The notes: generated from the letters alone by a model not told the origin. Shown: positions 25,601 to 41,000, numbered from the stretch's first letter. The stretch is DNA of 64,000 bases from Trichoplax adhaerens (GCF_000150275.1 NW_002060947.1:7487880-7551879); one strand, 5' to 3'. Translations and numbers: made by a program.

Positions 25601-28600
25601 TGAGTCAATGATATTTTATACAAGCTAATTTGGTGTGTGTTAATCGATAGTAGCACTACCACGATATGTTAGGAGAAGGCATTCAATTTTCGCTACTCTG
25701 TATTGAAATTAAATTAGCTTAGTGGCTAGACTTCAAACCTCATGACGTTGTTAAAAGATCTCAATAATTATTTAATTATAATAAAATAGTATCAAATTCT
25801 TGACTGACTTTCGATATGTTTAAGGAATGAATGATAGTAAAAAATTTGTAGATTAATCAGTCATAATTTTCATTTACGGTATGTTATAATATGGCTTTTT
25901 AATCAAATATTAATGCTATTTATGAATATTTTACATTTCATATTTTAGGTACGAGCCACATTGCCAATAGACCATTTCAAAAGAATTATACATAAGGTTT
26001 GATTCAATTAATCTATAATGAGTAGGCAGTCTCGTAATGAAAATCATAGCAGTAGTAGAAAATGTGACATTAACGTCTAACTAATTGGATCAGATATACA
26101 TTTATGAACTGTTTATATTAATAATTAATTTATCTTATGCATGGATTGAACAGAACAACTATGATTACAGTAAGATTTTTCTACCAACTCCGTTATTATT
26201 CGCTTATGACATAACTATATACGTCTTTTTTGGTAAAGAAGGCTAATTTGCTATGAATCAGTCTATATAAAGGCAAAAATTTTGTTGTGCTTATGGATCC
26301 TATTCATATCGGCATAATTAATTATTCATCCTTTGGAAATGAATACTTTACTAAATTAGTTTATGAGAATTGGGCCAAACGATGAGTAAAGAGATTGTTA
26401 CGAACGTTAGAAACAGTTGCTATGTTAGAAATGAATGCTTATTAAAGCCCATTAATGCCCTCGAATTCCAAATTCGGTCCTAATTAATCCTGTTTCTGTG
26501 GTAGGACCATAATCTTAAGCTAACATTATTCATGTGATTTTCTCGTTACTTGAATTGCTTCACCTATAAGGTAGCTTATGATAGATTCTCTCATTTATAA
26601 ATTAGCATATGATAGATTTAGATATATCGATATAAATCAGGAATGCTGAATATAGTTGAGCTATTATTCAACTTTAAACCAATTTTATTTTGATAATATG
26701 TAATTAAAATTCAATACTTATGTCTTTCCATAACATTCAATCTAGATCATCAGCTAGTTAATTTCTCATTCTTGCTCTATAGATGGGCGATAACCTTAAG
26801 CTAATCTTGTTCTTATAACTAGATGCTTTGGCTATCCCAATTTTTCCATTTATGAGCTAGTATAGGGTTAATTTAGTAATATTAAATCAAATCATATTAA
26901 TGCCGTAGTTTATCTGTCACCTTCGCTAAACAATATCCTTTCATTCTAACCAAGCTAAATAATCACCATTAAGCCTTTTTACGTACTGTATTATGTCGAA
27001 GAAATCAATAAGGCTAAAGAAATTGATGCACTTTTATATAGATTATAGAAAGACTCCCTACTGTCAATAAATAGATTGTCTGATTTTGTATCAATCATTA
27101 TTTGAGATATAAAAGAATGAAGTAATTACGTCAAATTTATTATTACTTGAACATTAAGGTCAATTTCAGTCATTGTAACATTAGTTTTTACTTGCCTTCT
27201 AGATCAACACAAATCAGCATTACCCAATCTAGTTATAGAAATCTTTGTGAGGCAAATTTCTGTAATTCATAGTTTTTAAGTCAACTAGACCATGACTTAT
27301 GTAGGAGTAAAAGAACGCTTTATAGTTCCCTAAATAGAAATTTGAAATATTCCCTAAAATTGTTATTAAAGTAGATTATTTTAACCATTTCTAGACTTCA
27401 ATTTTCACATATTAATTTTACTGCTGCAGTGTATTTCCTCTGCGTTTAGATACGAGTGAAAAATAATCTTAACTATTAAAAATTGAATTATTCATGAATT
27501 CCTTTCAGATTAATCTAATCCTTAAAGTAATGCGAGCTATTACTATCAATTGTGATGAGCAATATCTTCAGGATATTGAAGAACAAGGAATTATTCCAAG
27601 TAGTGAGTCGACTGATCAATTGTCTAGTTTTGAAACTTTACCTCGATTTAACATTGGAGATTATAAGGTCCGAAAGATATTTACCATCCCTAAGAATATT
27701 ATTAAGATTACTCGATTATCTGCTGAACAGCGTAGCTCCCATCATGTCTCTATGATTCGAGCTATGCTACGACCTCTACCATCCTTTGGCCATTTTACAA
27801 CAACCATGCAGGATAAGTTATGTAAAATTGTTCGACATGAAAGGTAAGATATAATCAGCAAATTCTATTCTCATTTATAAGGCACCATAAATTTTAATAT
27901 TACAATAGTTCTCTAAATCTATAGATGAAGAAACAGAAGCTTCTTAGTCCTATTAATTTCCCTTTAAATTATATTTGCATCTCGAATGAATTTTTATTGT
28001 CTTAATTATACAGCTCATGCATAACCTTATTCTTACTTAAATTCTCAATTAAAACTGATCTAACTCAAGGTTTCAACGAGGAAGAATCATTTATAAACTT
28101 GGGCATTATAGTGGAAGTTATTACATGGTATTTTCTGGTTCTGTCTGTTTATTAAATCTGGAAGCGGAAAACGCTTTGCAACGATTTCAAGTATTACGTC
28201 GTGGAGAAGGTTTTGGGGTACTTTATACCAATTGATCATAATCCTAAGCTATTCAAGATTCTTAAATAATAATGCTCATTTTCACTCCAAACATTACTGT
28301 AATGCTAATTCTAAAACTCCATCACAGTGCTTTTCTTTTTTATTTCCGTGTCTATGCTTCATTTAAAAACACTACTGATCGATGCAACAAAACCTTAGTA
28401 TTGGTATAGCTATAAACTTATTTCTTATATTTATAACATTCCATTTTAGGATTCAGCTTTTCTTCGAGGCGGCAGGAGAAAGCATACGGCGGTTTGCTTG
28501 GAACTTACCGATCTATTAGTTATTGATCGTGATGATTACAACAAGTTCGATATAGATAAACATTTAGAGAGGGAAAAAGATTTTCAGTATAAATATTTCA

Positions 28601-31600
28601 GGTACATGAATTGAACTGTGCTACTGAAAGTATCTTAAAAAATTCTCCACTCGATAATTTTATGTCATAAATATTTTTTTCAAAAAATAGCCCTGATCGT
28701 TTTTATCCAAAGATCACAGTGACCACACATTATTTTACAAGTTTTTAATATAATATTAGTGACATGAGATTATCACTTGCGGGTAATACGCGTATATAAC
28801 CAACTCTTTTTAATTCATATTAGAAAAATGGATCTCTTTTCGAGTTGGTCTGACAATAATATAAAGTGTTTACTAAGAAATCATGACTTAATCGAGTACT
28901 ATTCCAATCAAGTTATCGTAGAGGATTCTAAGCAATCAGAATGGATCGTATTTATCTTAAAGGTATTTATTAAGCTATATTTTCTTTCCCAACCGGTAAT
29001 TCTCAGTATCCAACCTATACTGTAGTGTTATTTAATTTAATAATAATCTTCAGCAGTATCAATATAAATTCCCAATGTAAATTTTAGGAAAATTTCTATA
29101 TATAAATTCTATTAAATACTCATTTTACAATATTGGACTTTTCTGCCATATTACCTCTTGATGTAAATTACAGATTAAATACGCTACTGCCCCTGATATC
29201 CTATCAGGATTTTACTAGTTTTGCAACTAAACTACAAGATCAATTTGATGAAATGGATGGAATACTGTACTAAAATATTTTTACAGCTAGCAGAAGAATT
29301 AATAGACACTCACGTATACAGTAGAGGTTTAAAAGTAGTCTTAATCGAAGTAGTGTGTAACATCAAATCTCAGTCTCTAAAGCGTACCGTTTCCAGCTGA
29401 TTTATAGCGTTGTTGTGGTTGAAATGATCGTGATATAACACATCATTAAGTAGTTTAATAAATTCTATTCTGTTTTCTATACGGTAGTATATCCGTAAAG
29501 ATTTCTTTTGGTCAAAATCATTCTATCCATGATTTGCGTTAATAGCTTCAATTAATTTGCATGGAATGCAGTTCAATGTTAGATGCTTCTAATAGCTTGA
29601 AATCTAGTTTAAATTATTTTTAATCTATATGGTTGTTGATTGGATTTAATTCCTTTGGAATTGATGTATGGAAGCTTTCCTTAACAATGTATGATATAAG
29701 ACTATCAAATTGCACGTATGCAATGCAAGCTGTATCAACAAACAATTCTATCACTTATCCATTTCATTAGTTATAAGTGTCAAGGAATAATTAGAAGTCA
29801 ACTACTTACTGTAGTAATACAACTTTTAAATATTGTCTTTCTTACATCTTTAGGGCAAGTGTCAACAATTAAGATTACTTAATTTGAGCCAACTTATTGA
29901 TCATTCAAATGAACAGGGAATGAACAATGCAAGACGGCAATATAGTAAGTGATGATGTAACTACTTATGAAGGACATTATACATATTAAATATGAAGTCA
30001 GCATCTTTTTATCTACAGTAGCGTTAAATAATTTTATATGCAACTGCTAGTTTAGTAAAATTACACGTAATACTTTATGGAATATAGTATCAACGAGACT
30101 ATATTCTATCATTATTTAATTTTTAAATGGGTTTATCAGGGAAAAACTGTCATTAAACGACAAACCCAAGTATAACGAGATCTGAAAAATATCCTGACTA
30201 TTACACCTTCTACCTAAGAAATATACTATTACATAAATGATTTTTACAGTATAACCGAATATAAAAACTGTCTGGTCCATGACATTTTTCATGTATAAGA
30301 GAAAGTTTACTGCAAGAATAAAAATTTTTGCCAAGGTTTATTTATTAACATTAATATAGCAGTTCATTAGGAAGTAAAGCGAATATAAAACTATATCTGC
30401 AGTAGTCGAGAGTTCATGTACTACTAATACAGTAATAGGAAAGCAGAATGTACTAACAATAGGCAACTTTACCAAATTAATATATCCATACATGTTTGGT
30501 TTATAGCACTAGAGGATCTGCATACTAGAAGAGACAGTGACAGAAGATTTAGAGCCAATTCTATCCGTTTTGGCAGCTCCAAAAATAGAGAAATGTCCTT
30601 AAATTCAAGACCATCGTGGATTCATGAAGGGCCTCTCGAAATAGCTTACTTGGATACAAGTAATAGTAGAAGGAAAGAATCTATAGCCCATTATATCAAG
30701 CATGTTCCAATACTTCATCGTCCAGACGAGTTAATCAATCCTAAAAGGCCCCAATCCATTTCCACATTTCAAAACAGCCAAAAGACTCAAATGCTATCGA
30801 GTAAAAGGTTAACTCAATATATTTTGTTATTTCTTATCCAATTTAAGGCTAATGAAGATAGTTGTATCCAATTCTCATCTAGATTATTATGTAGTTTCGT
30901 AATACTTCGTTTTGATTTTCAGTTTAACTTTCTAAACATCTTCACCCTATTTTAAATTCATTTACCTAGCTTACAATCAAAAAGTAGAGATTTTAAATTG
31001 CAGTCGGAAACATTCAGGGATGAAGTCAAAAATGAGCTAATAGGCTATAACGCATCGTACTACTATATTGATAAGCAGATTGAAAACTCTGTAGGCTTAG
31101 TTAAGAAAAATATACATCGTTATTTAAACCACAGCAAGCGCAATTCGAATTCCAAAAACGTTCAAGTTTATGTTAATATTGGTTCACTATCAGAGAAAAG
31201 CTGTTTCGTAAGTAAACTTAGATCTATGACCTAGTTCAATATCCTGAATTGACATAGACTCTAAATTATCGTAATAACTTTTTACTATTTTGAAATTAAC
31301 CTTTTAGGTAAATATTTGAGGTCAAATTATAATATTATTCTACCTAAATTAGGGTCTGGATGCTATCCTTGACGAAAACACTATATCCTTGGCTCTTGTA
31401 TCAAGTGGTTGTGTCGTCACTAAAATATCAAAATCTCTATTTCGATTATTGACAGATAAAATCACATTAAGTAAAGCAGAAAAATTGCTGCATAAAGTAC
31501 CGACAGATGAATCCTTAGCTGAGTTGTACTGCATCGATTATCAATGGCGAAGTTATAAAAATGATGTTTTATCATCAGTTATGAAAGCTCAGAAGGAAAA

Positions 31601-31923
31601 AGAAGAAAAATTGGCATGTAAGTTGCAAGGGTAATGTTATAAAAACTTTCCTCCTTAATTTCAAGAATTTTAAGATCCTGTAAATAAAATATTTAGTTCT
31701 TATTTGTTCCTATTTAATAGGTGATACAAATGTACTAGCGGTAAGAAGAGCTAAATCTGCCCATTACAGGCCCACATATTCTAATCAAAATCTAGAACGA
31801 GAAAGTTCTCTTCCTACATCGCAACAACGCAGAACACGTTCTTTACCCACAAAGCCGATATTGCCTGATGGAGCTATGCTTACTTATAGTAGGCCAAAGC
31901 CTACTTCAAATCGTACTTATTAA
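22668..31923 (+). CDS. Cyclic-nucleotide-binding domain protein, CNBD2-like, about 11 exons (22668-22805, 25949-25996, 27509-27843, 28070-28217, 28450-28601, 28824-28962, 29854-29944, 30507-30807, 30970-31207, 31353-31617, 31721-31923)
   Basis: Exons splice in frame. CNB domain 1: KLCKIVRHERFQRGRIIYKLG..SYYMVFSGSV...LRRGEGFGDSAFLRGGRRKHTAVCLELTDLLVIDRDDY. CNB domain 2 (LFSSWS...YSNQVIVEDSKQSEWIVFILKGKC...SCFGLD...LVSSGC) is split by a long low-complexity insert. The first two exons are less certain. Confidence 0.85.
23600..24390. repeat. Intronic degenerate tandem array of about 100-155 bp units (about 7 copies)
   Basis: ATC(T/C)A(T/C)CGAC.AT.GATTCGATCC-like motif at about 23626, 23738, 23850, 23948, 24059, 24174 and 24329. 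Confidence 0.8.
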
Positions 31924-33991
31924 AAATTAAATAATATATAAGCCTTAAAAATATTGTTTAATTCATGCGACATTAAGTATTTCATAATACTATTTCTTTA
32001 TTACTGATATTTTTTCTAGTACTTCGAATTCATGTATTTTACATATGACATTATGTTTCTGTTCTTATTAGTCTCTAGTCGAATAATTTCATGATATGTA
32101 TAGAATAAACTGTAAGTCATAATGATATTTATAGATTATTTCTACCATTTTACCTTAAAGTTGTAAAATCGAGCTCGCTCCAAACCAATTTATAAATTAA
32201 AAATTTGTAAATTGTACTGTAAAGGTCTCGAGCAACTAGCAAGACTGAGATAGCTATATATTATCCTATTTCTTCTTCTTATTATTATTATCAACTTACT
32301 GACATACTGTAAATTATGCAATAGATTTATAATGGGATATTTCAAGTATATAATTAAGGCATAAATCTGGAATATATCGTAACTGAAGTAGAAAATTGCC
32401 TGTAAATTTTACTTCTTAATATTGGAACGATACTGTATATTTTCCGCTATTTTCATCTTACGGTTATGCACTAATTTAATGACACTATTTTATATTTATA
32501 TGTAAACTTAAAATGGCAATTTGCATTTTTACACGTTAATTTTCACCTAAAAATATTATTCCGATTTAGTTTTCATCCTTTGCATTTACAAATTGAAAAT
32601 ATATTTAATATCAAAGTAAGAGTACACTAGCAATTAATAGAATCCGATCATGATGAAGATTTTAGAACTGTCATAATATAAATACAACATAGAATATTCT
32701 CGTTACTGCAGACAAGCTATCTCAAATCATGCTTGAATTAATTTGAATTTCATTAAAATTTTTAACCTATCATCTTTGCTTAACGAAGAAAGTTCTTAGA
32801 AAAAGCTTTATAATAGATTGACTACGAACAATTGGTAATTCCTGACTTATATGATATTTTTTATTATAATGCTACATTTAAGGTTCTGTGATTTCGTGCC
32901 ATGTCTTAATTTCCATCAAGTTGAACTTCGATTCTCTTTAGGCTTAGATAGTGAATTCTTAGTATAGCATCTATCAAAAAAATCTTACCTATAGTAATGC
33001 GATGGGAATCAATGACATTATGTGCTTTCGAATTATAACCTTTTGACTAATCTATGGAGTTGATAATATAGCACTGTCAAATCATCCTGAAAAACAGTTA
33101 TGAACTATTTCAGCTATAATTGGTAAACGATCAGTATTACATATGCTACTGCATGACAAATCACTAGCAAATTCAGATCTTCGAGAAGATTTAGAGGTTT
33201 AAAAATTGAGTTGATCACTCGTAAAGACTCAAATATTGTTGCAGCATACTTGTTTCTTTAGGGAGGAATTTGGAGTCACATTTATTGGAGAACTAATCGA
33301 ATTTGTACTTGCATCCTACCATAAAGGAAATAAGGCTACTTCGCGATTTTTGATTAGAATAGTTATCAAATGGAAGATAGATTGTGTACCATCTAGTAAC
33401 AATAGCTCTATCATCGATATATGATTACAGAGGCCAATTTACTTAATATTAATATACATAATCTTTTAAGTGTACGCTGTATTGAAAGTAAGTAATTTAT
33501 TCGAATATACAAGCATTTCTTGCTCCATAGATTAGCAAAAGCAAAAGCTATTTTAGCACGAATTGACTATAGATTGTAAGCCATTTACAATCAAGATTCT
33601 ATTCTCTTGAATAGCCATATAGGCTAATTGGCAACCGAAATTGAAAATAAATATAAATACAAGATCACAGGTTATATTGCGGTATAATAGAACTTACATC
33701 GTTGCTCAGCTTACCAACAATAAATTTGAAGGATAGATACATTTAGTCACAGTAATCTGTCGTTTTAGTACATATTAAATAGAAACACGTAATCGATCTT
33801 CGTAGTAAACCATTACTTAAGGAAATGAAACTAATCTATTTTTATGTTCAATCAAATCAATTATATCAACCATCATAGTTTTCATTAAAATTTACAGTTG
33901 AATTAAGGAACGGGGAAGAAACATTTGTTAAAGTATAGACATTAGTTTTAACATAAGCGATAACCATTCATCTTGAAATTACAACAATCCA

Positions 33992-35948
33992 CTATGTAGT
34001 TGGTTCATCGATAAGCATTATTTGAATATCCATGACGTTTGTGTTGGTTAATCCAGTCACTATCAGATCATCACCATTATTTAAAGTGGAAAAGAAAGTA
34101 TACGAATCATTGTTGGCCAAATGATGTCTGGCTGTATTAATATTATTGTCACAGAGTTGGCCGGGATAGGCAAAAGCACCTGCTGCTGGTGTTGGACCAT
34201 CTTGTCCATCTGTTCCGGCACTAAGTAAGACTGCTGGGCATTTCTTGTCAGTCAGATTGCTGGCTAACTTACTTTCAAACATTTGAACTGAAGCTGACAA
34301 TGCAAACTCTTGGTTTCTTCCTCCAACACCGCTTCCTTCTACCCTAACAGTTGTCTCTCCGCCACTGAGAATACATACTTTACGGCATAGTCTTTGGTTC
34401 TCCAATAGCATCTGGCAGTATGTTTTTCCTACATCTTTTGCTTCTCCACAAACAGTGGTAGAGTGTATGGTGGCATCAAATCCTAACTGTGATGCTTTCT
34501 CAAAAGCAGCATGGATTGCTACTTTATTTGATCCGATTAAAACATTCTGAACATTATTAAAGGTTTGCTTGTTCTTAGCTATATCAGAGCATGTTTTGCC
34601 AGAAAATAAATTGAGGACTGAAGTTGGTATTTTTTTATCAATAGATAAATTTTTTATGATTGTGAGGCAGTCTTTGTGCGATGATGAGTCCTTCACTGTT
34701 GGCCCCGAAGCAATAATTTCAAGGTTGTCGCCAATAACATCGGAGACGATAAAACTTATTACCTGGTATTATGCGTAGTCAACAGATTGAGATATAATTT
34801 AAAATATTGATACTAGTGATAATCTTTAATCGCAATGTGATTTGCCTGGAAAGTAATAGCTCCTTACCTTGGCTGGATTGGCTGCCAATGCTAATTTTCC
34901 ACCCTTGCATGCAGACAGATTCTTTCGTATCGTGTTCAGTTGAAAAATATCACCACCCGCATTGGCAATAGCTTTAATCGCTTGCAATTTCTCATCCAAT
35001 GTTACACCTAAGTCGTAATGATTGCTATATTAGGTTATCACTATCCATTGCAAAATCTAATTTTACCAAGTATAGTACTAAAAAGAATTCAGCAGCTGTG
35101 TTAGGATTATCACTCTCCATTCAAGTGTAGTATTGTAAAGACTTAAGCTGCTGCATTAGGTTATCACTAACTCTTGCAGAATTGTATATAGATGTTAGAA
35201 TACTTAATAGAAATGAATTGAACTACTGTATGAGGTTAACATGTATCATGGAACAAATGCACGAGTATATTCGACAGATTTAATCCAGTATAATACTGAA
35301 AAGATTTGAACTGCTATAGTAGGTTAGCATCGTTCATTGCTCTATACGGTTTTAATAAGCAGAATATTACAGAACTTTACCATGTACTGGCAATGGAAAT
35401 AACGCTGAACCACCTCCTGTCATCAACACTAATAGTATATCATGCTGACCCAGAGAATTGGCCATCTTCATGATGGAATCCGCCGCCATCATAGAATTGG
35501 AATCTGGTAAGTTTTTCCTTCCACCCTGAATTATCTGTAAATTCGATAGAGCTGGGGTTGAGCTACCAGCTGGTACACTAACAATACCATCGACTAGATG
35601 ATCATGTACAATAGAGGTAACTGCTTTAGCCATGGGATAGACACCTTTACCAAAAGCAGCGATGTAAACATTTTTTTGCAAAGGATAAGTAGCATCGCCT
35701 ACATGCAAGTATTGGCTACATGCAGATCGTCGGATTGCCCTTTGAACCAGCGTCTCCGGTGCTACCGCTTGAAGTGCAGCAGTTAGAATTTGTTTTGCAT
35801 TCTCCTTTAAAGTTCCTAGGCCATCATGGCAAGATTGGCTATAGCAACGAGCAACTGCATGTCGAGGGAGAACTGAGAAAAGAGCTCCAGGGAGGTAACC
35901 ACAGTTAGCAATGACTTTAAAACCAATCGAGGAGGAAATGTGCACCAT
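33992..35948 (-). CDS. GLYCTK: Glycerate kinase (class II, MOFRL type), 3 exons (35948-35381, 35007-34868, 34762-33992), with a probable mitochondrial presequence
   Basis: Motifs AAFGKG, VLMTGGGSALF, KGGKLA, SDVIGD, SGGETTVRVEGSGVGGRNQEFAL, AGTDGQDGPTPAAGA, NNDSYTFF and TGLTNTNVMD. The N-terminus is acid-free and ends ..VARCYS. Confidence 0.95.
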
Positions 35949-36379
35949 AACTGTGCCTATCGTCTCCAATAATGAATTCAGCTACAATAACGATACTATT
36001 CCCAATTCAGGAGCTCATCCTTTGGAGACATTAACTAAAGTACAAGCTATACTTCTAGCCTTGATTGCAAAGATACTCGGCCATGATTGATGGGGTTGCT
36101 AATGGAGACGAGCTCCTGTCTGACCTGGTCCTCGTCTAGCTCGCTGTTTATGGTGTCTGTACTGGCTACTACTATAGACTATCATAAACATTGCTCCAAA
36201 ATACATGTAACAATATGGAAGATAAGTGGTATAGCCTGGTCTATGAAGGCTCCCGGAGCGCCCAGCTTGTACGTTTGGCGCCTATACTAAAATTATCTGG
36301 ATACTCAAACAGTACCTTATGTCAACCATTTTCTGTCACATGTACAATATATTGGCTCAAAATGAAGACAAACCAAGCT

Positions 36380-37205
36380 GTAGCATAGCATTTATAGCCA
36401 GTAGCATGATTATTTTCTCTATCTATCAGCAGATAGACGCCATAATAATATCCAATCCCGATATATAGCTGTCGGGATTTCATAATAATGGTTCACCAGT
36501 AATATTCACCATTCGAGCTCTCAATAACCAAGAAGATAGACGTTAATCTATCACTAACTTCCGATATAGTAAGTATAGTATTATTCGATGATCGTTGTGA
36601 CAATAATCAACGGTAAAATAATGAAGATTATATCTCGGCCATCTAAACTGGATTATAGAGAGATTATCTTAACTATAAGTAATAGCATTATATGTCCTGT
36701 ATAGTGTACACGTGATGGAAACCGTAAACTAATCTACAGAACGAGTTGAATAAACATTTAAACCTTAGATTGGATATATATATATATATATATATATACT
36801 TATATACAGTAGCATAGGATTTATAGCCAATAGCATGATTATTTTCTCTATCTATCAGCAGATAGACGCCATAATAATATCCAATCCCGATATATAGCTG
36901 TCGGGATTTCGTAATAATGGTTCAACAGTAATATTCACTATTCGGGCTCTCAATAACCAAGAAGATAGACGTTAATCTATCACTAACTTCCGATATAGTA
37001 AGTATAGTATCATCCGATGATCGTTATGAGCAATACTCAGCGGTAAAATAATTAAGATTACATTTAGGCCATCTAAACTGGATTATAGAGAGATTATCTT
37101 AACTATAAGTAATAGCACCATATGTCCTGTATAGTGTAAATGTAATGGAAACCGTAAACTAATCAACAGAACGAGTGGAATAAACATTCAAATCTTAGAT
37201 TCGAT
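36380..37205. repeat. Recent direct duplication of about 400 bp (36380-36775 and 36809-37205) separated by a (TA)n tract
   Basis: Both copies start GTAGCATAG.ATTTATAGCCA.TAGCATGATT and are nearly identical. A (TA)n microsatellite lies at about 36774-36797. Confidence 0.93.
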
Positions 37206-38014
37206 ATACTTGTATTCGTTCTCATAATGGAGAATAAATCATACAATCTCAAATTGATCTTATGAGTTTATTCACACGTAGGTGGACAATCAACAATTAA
37301 ATTGGTTAGCCAAAATTATTGATAATGACGAATAAAGAAAACATCGATTGAACAGCAATGACATCAAAGTTATAAGTAATAAGTGGCTTTCTATTTGTAA
37401 ACTGGGAAAACTCAACTCGAGGCTGATAATCGAGTATCAATACAAACTTTATAGAATAAAGTTAAATGCTACCATGTATAAAATCATATTCCAAACTAAA
37501 TAAGAAACTGTAATATAATTATTAGCAAAATTTTTAGGAAGGAAGCAAGCGAAAAATCATACTCAATACTCATAGGTAGAAAGTTTTAAATAATTATGAG
37601 TATCGATGAAATTTTTAGTATTGCATTCAAATGTAATGAAACTAAAATGAAACGGGTACATAATCAACACGCAGCTGGCTGGAATACAATGCAGCAACAA
37701 AGATTGCAATTATACATTCAAATTTATGCCTATTATCGCAATAAAAAATTATAAACAGGTCAAGAATTGAAGTATTTGGCATCCCTTCCGTATCAAAGCA
37801 TAAATAGTATAGTCAATAGGCAAAATACGACATTTTATGTATACAACATAACTACCAATGACTCTTAATATTGAGAAACGAAAGAAAACAGTTATAAACA
37901 AGAAAAAATTATATTAATTAAACTTAAATTGATCGTGAGCATTTGGCTAAGCTCCCAAATACATCTTTATCAAATACTTTATAATTACATCTTGTTAAGA
38001 AACTAAGTATCAAA

Positions 38015-41000
38015 TTAGTATTTTGACAAACTAACGGCATTCCATAGGGCCGAAGTTGTTGAACGTGATTGGTATAATTCCCAACTATCATGGACAGGAT
38101 CATATTTTTCAACTAAATCAGAGTGGTATGGTTGATTCTGCGAGGTGAAATCTGCGATATAAATTTATACTATTAGTAGTAGTCCTGATACACCTATAAT
38201 ATATCCATTTGGTTGTATTTAAATATCTTAGTTTTAACTGTTGATCACTTATTTTGGTAATCATAAGCTAATTTCATCTATTTTTCATAGGATCGAAATA
38301 AAATGTAAAAAAATAATATTACCAGTTTTGTAAATTAATTAAAAACTGACTTACTAAGTGTTAAAAGATGGTTGGTAGTCAAAGAAGGGTTAGCTGGAAA
38401 TGAATTGGAGAGAGTTAATATTACGCACTCCTAATGCAAATACGTATGAGAAACAAAGCTAAGCAAGTAAGTCATGGTAAAGCTCCTGTTAACAATTTCA
38501 TGCTCAATAAATCACACAAGAACGCTTTATTTGCTTTAGTCATGAAGGGATAGTTGAAAGTTGAAGTAAATGGATGATGTGAATGTGCAAATAGTCATTT
38601 ATGAATCGGTTGCACTTACTACTAGCCGATATTGGCAGCTGATTTTCATTTACAAGCTAAGATATTTACCAAATTAACAAACCTATTCTAGTTACTGAAT
38701 TGTAATTGTGTATGTCATCACTTAACAAGTCAGTAATTGATTCTGCAATTAATTTTAAGACATGAATTAGCAAATCGCTATCCTTGATGAATCTTCAAAT
38801 CAGTAGTATAATTTTGCAACCAACCATATAACGAATATTTAATGAATTGATAAATCATCAATTTATTGTAGCTGCTAGTGTTTGTAAATGCTTGCACCTG
38901 ACAAATCAGTAAGTGATTTTAGCACTTAAAGATGTTAATTTGCAAAATTGCTATCCTTGATGAATTCTCAAATTAGCAGTTCGTGCTACTTTTTTAATTA
39001 ATTTGCAAACGTTCTTACTAAACTAATGGACAAACTATTCGTTGAGTTTGTATACTCAATTTTTGTCGATGGTCGTATTTGATGAATGGATAAAGTATCA
39101 ATACTCGTATATTTTAGTTATAGTTCTTCATTTGCAAATCTCTGTACTTGGCATTTATATATTGACAAATATAATCATACATAAAAAATTTACCTCCACC
39201 AATCGCCCATATTTCTCCTTTGTAGGCAATATAATTTGCATGACTACGACTAACTTTCATAGCGCAAACTTGAATCCATTTACCTTTATTTTCATCATAT
39301 TTTTCAACACTACATAGAACATTATTGCCATTATAGCCACCTAATGCATACAATTGACCAGCTAAAGAAATTAATCCGCAACCTTCACGAGCCTCATTCA
39401 TAGGCTTTCCTTCTACCCATTTATCATCCTTTGGATCATAAATTTCAACTGTATTGGTTAGTGCTACACAAGTTAATTGACCTTCTGTTCGACCTCCTGC
39501 ACAATATAAACGTCCTTCATGAACTACAGCACCAAAATTAGCTCTAGCCGTTAGCATGGAAGCTTTTTTTGACCAAATTCCATTATGATAAGCATAGACA
39601 TCGGATATCGAGGTAGTATTACCATTGGGAGCTACTTGGTGGTTTTCGTTTAAGATGCCACCAAGTAGATAGATAGATTCGTCTAGTTGACAGACTCTAT
39701 GCGAAAAGACAGATATTGGCATTGGAGTTATGGAACTTCTATTGGTCCAACTATAATTATTAACATTTAGGCAAGACACATCAGTAAAGTTATTGACAGG
39801 GATAGACGAGTAACCGTAATTGTCCATTTCAAGAGTTCCACCTACATAGCGAAGGAGAAAAATTAGTTCTATTAATAAGATACCGATGTGATTACATTCA
39901 TAGTACTAATCCAATAAAGCCTTAAAAATGAGATATCGTTGTTGTAAATGCTGTTATGTATGTAAGAATACAGTAACTTGTTGTACTGCACCTAACGTGT
40001 TAGTATAAGATAAGGTAATGAATTACTAAGATAAGGGTATAATACGCCATTACAGCTATACTATTTAAATGCAGTAAATCCTAAATAAGAGAGACTTTTC
40101 AGTAAGCTTACTAGTAGGAGTGTATCAAAGTTCCGCGTGCTAACGTTAACGACTAAGAGTGGAAACACAACGAATGCTACTAAAGCCTAAATAAAGTTTA
40201 ATTTTATTTGAATCTCCATTGACGACACTTATGAAACATCACGTTTTGAAGATCTTCATTCAGTTTGAGGAATGGCAGCTTAAGAACAGCCATGCTAGTG
40301 GATTGGAAAATACAAAGCTAGACTACTTGAGCAATAGCGAATTTGGTTAAAATATTTCCTGAGTATGAGATAGCTGTTAAAGAATAGCAATGCTAAAGGA
40401 TTGCGAGAGACAAAGCTCGACTCGTAGAGCATAGCCAATTTGGTTGAAATCTTTGCCCAGTATGAGATAGCTGCTAAAGAATAGCAATGCTAAAAGATTG
40501 CAAAGATGCAAAGCAAGACTTGTTGAGTAATGACTGATTTGGTTCAAATCTTCTGATTATGAAATATAGCTACTAAAGAATTGCAAAATACAAAGCTAGG
40601 CTAGTTGAGCAATAGCTAATCTAGTTGAAATCCTCATGCAATACGCGATATCGCTATTCAATGACATCAAAATACGAAGCCAGCTTAGCTGAGCAATGGC
40701 TAATTTAGCCGAAATCTTCGCTAAATATGCATTATCGCTATTTAAGAACTGCAAAATACAAAACTAGGTTAGTTGACAGGTGGTACCTATTTAGATAAAA
40801 CTCCATTGCAGTTCAATGAAAAGCTAATAAGCAACTCTTTCTTGTTAATGATGAGCAATGGAAAGATTAAATGGGTTAAAAAGTAATTTCTATATCATTG
40901 GATTCTGTCGTATAGCAATTATATAATTACTCATGAAATTTTTAAAGTCTATTATGGAATCGTTGAGGAATGGCTATGGCTATACTTACTATATCGCCGA

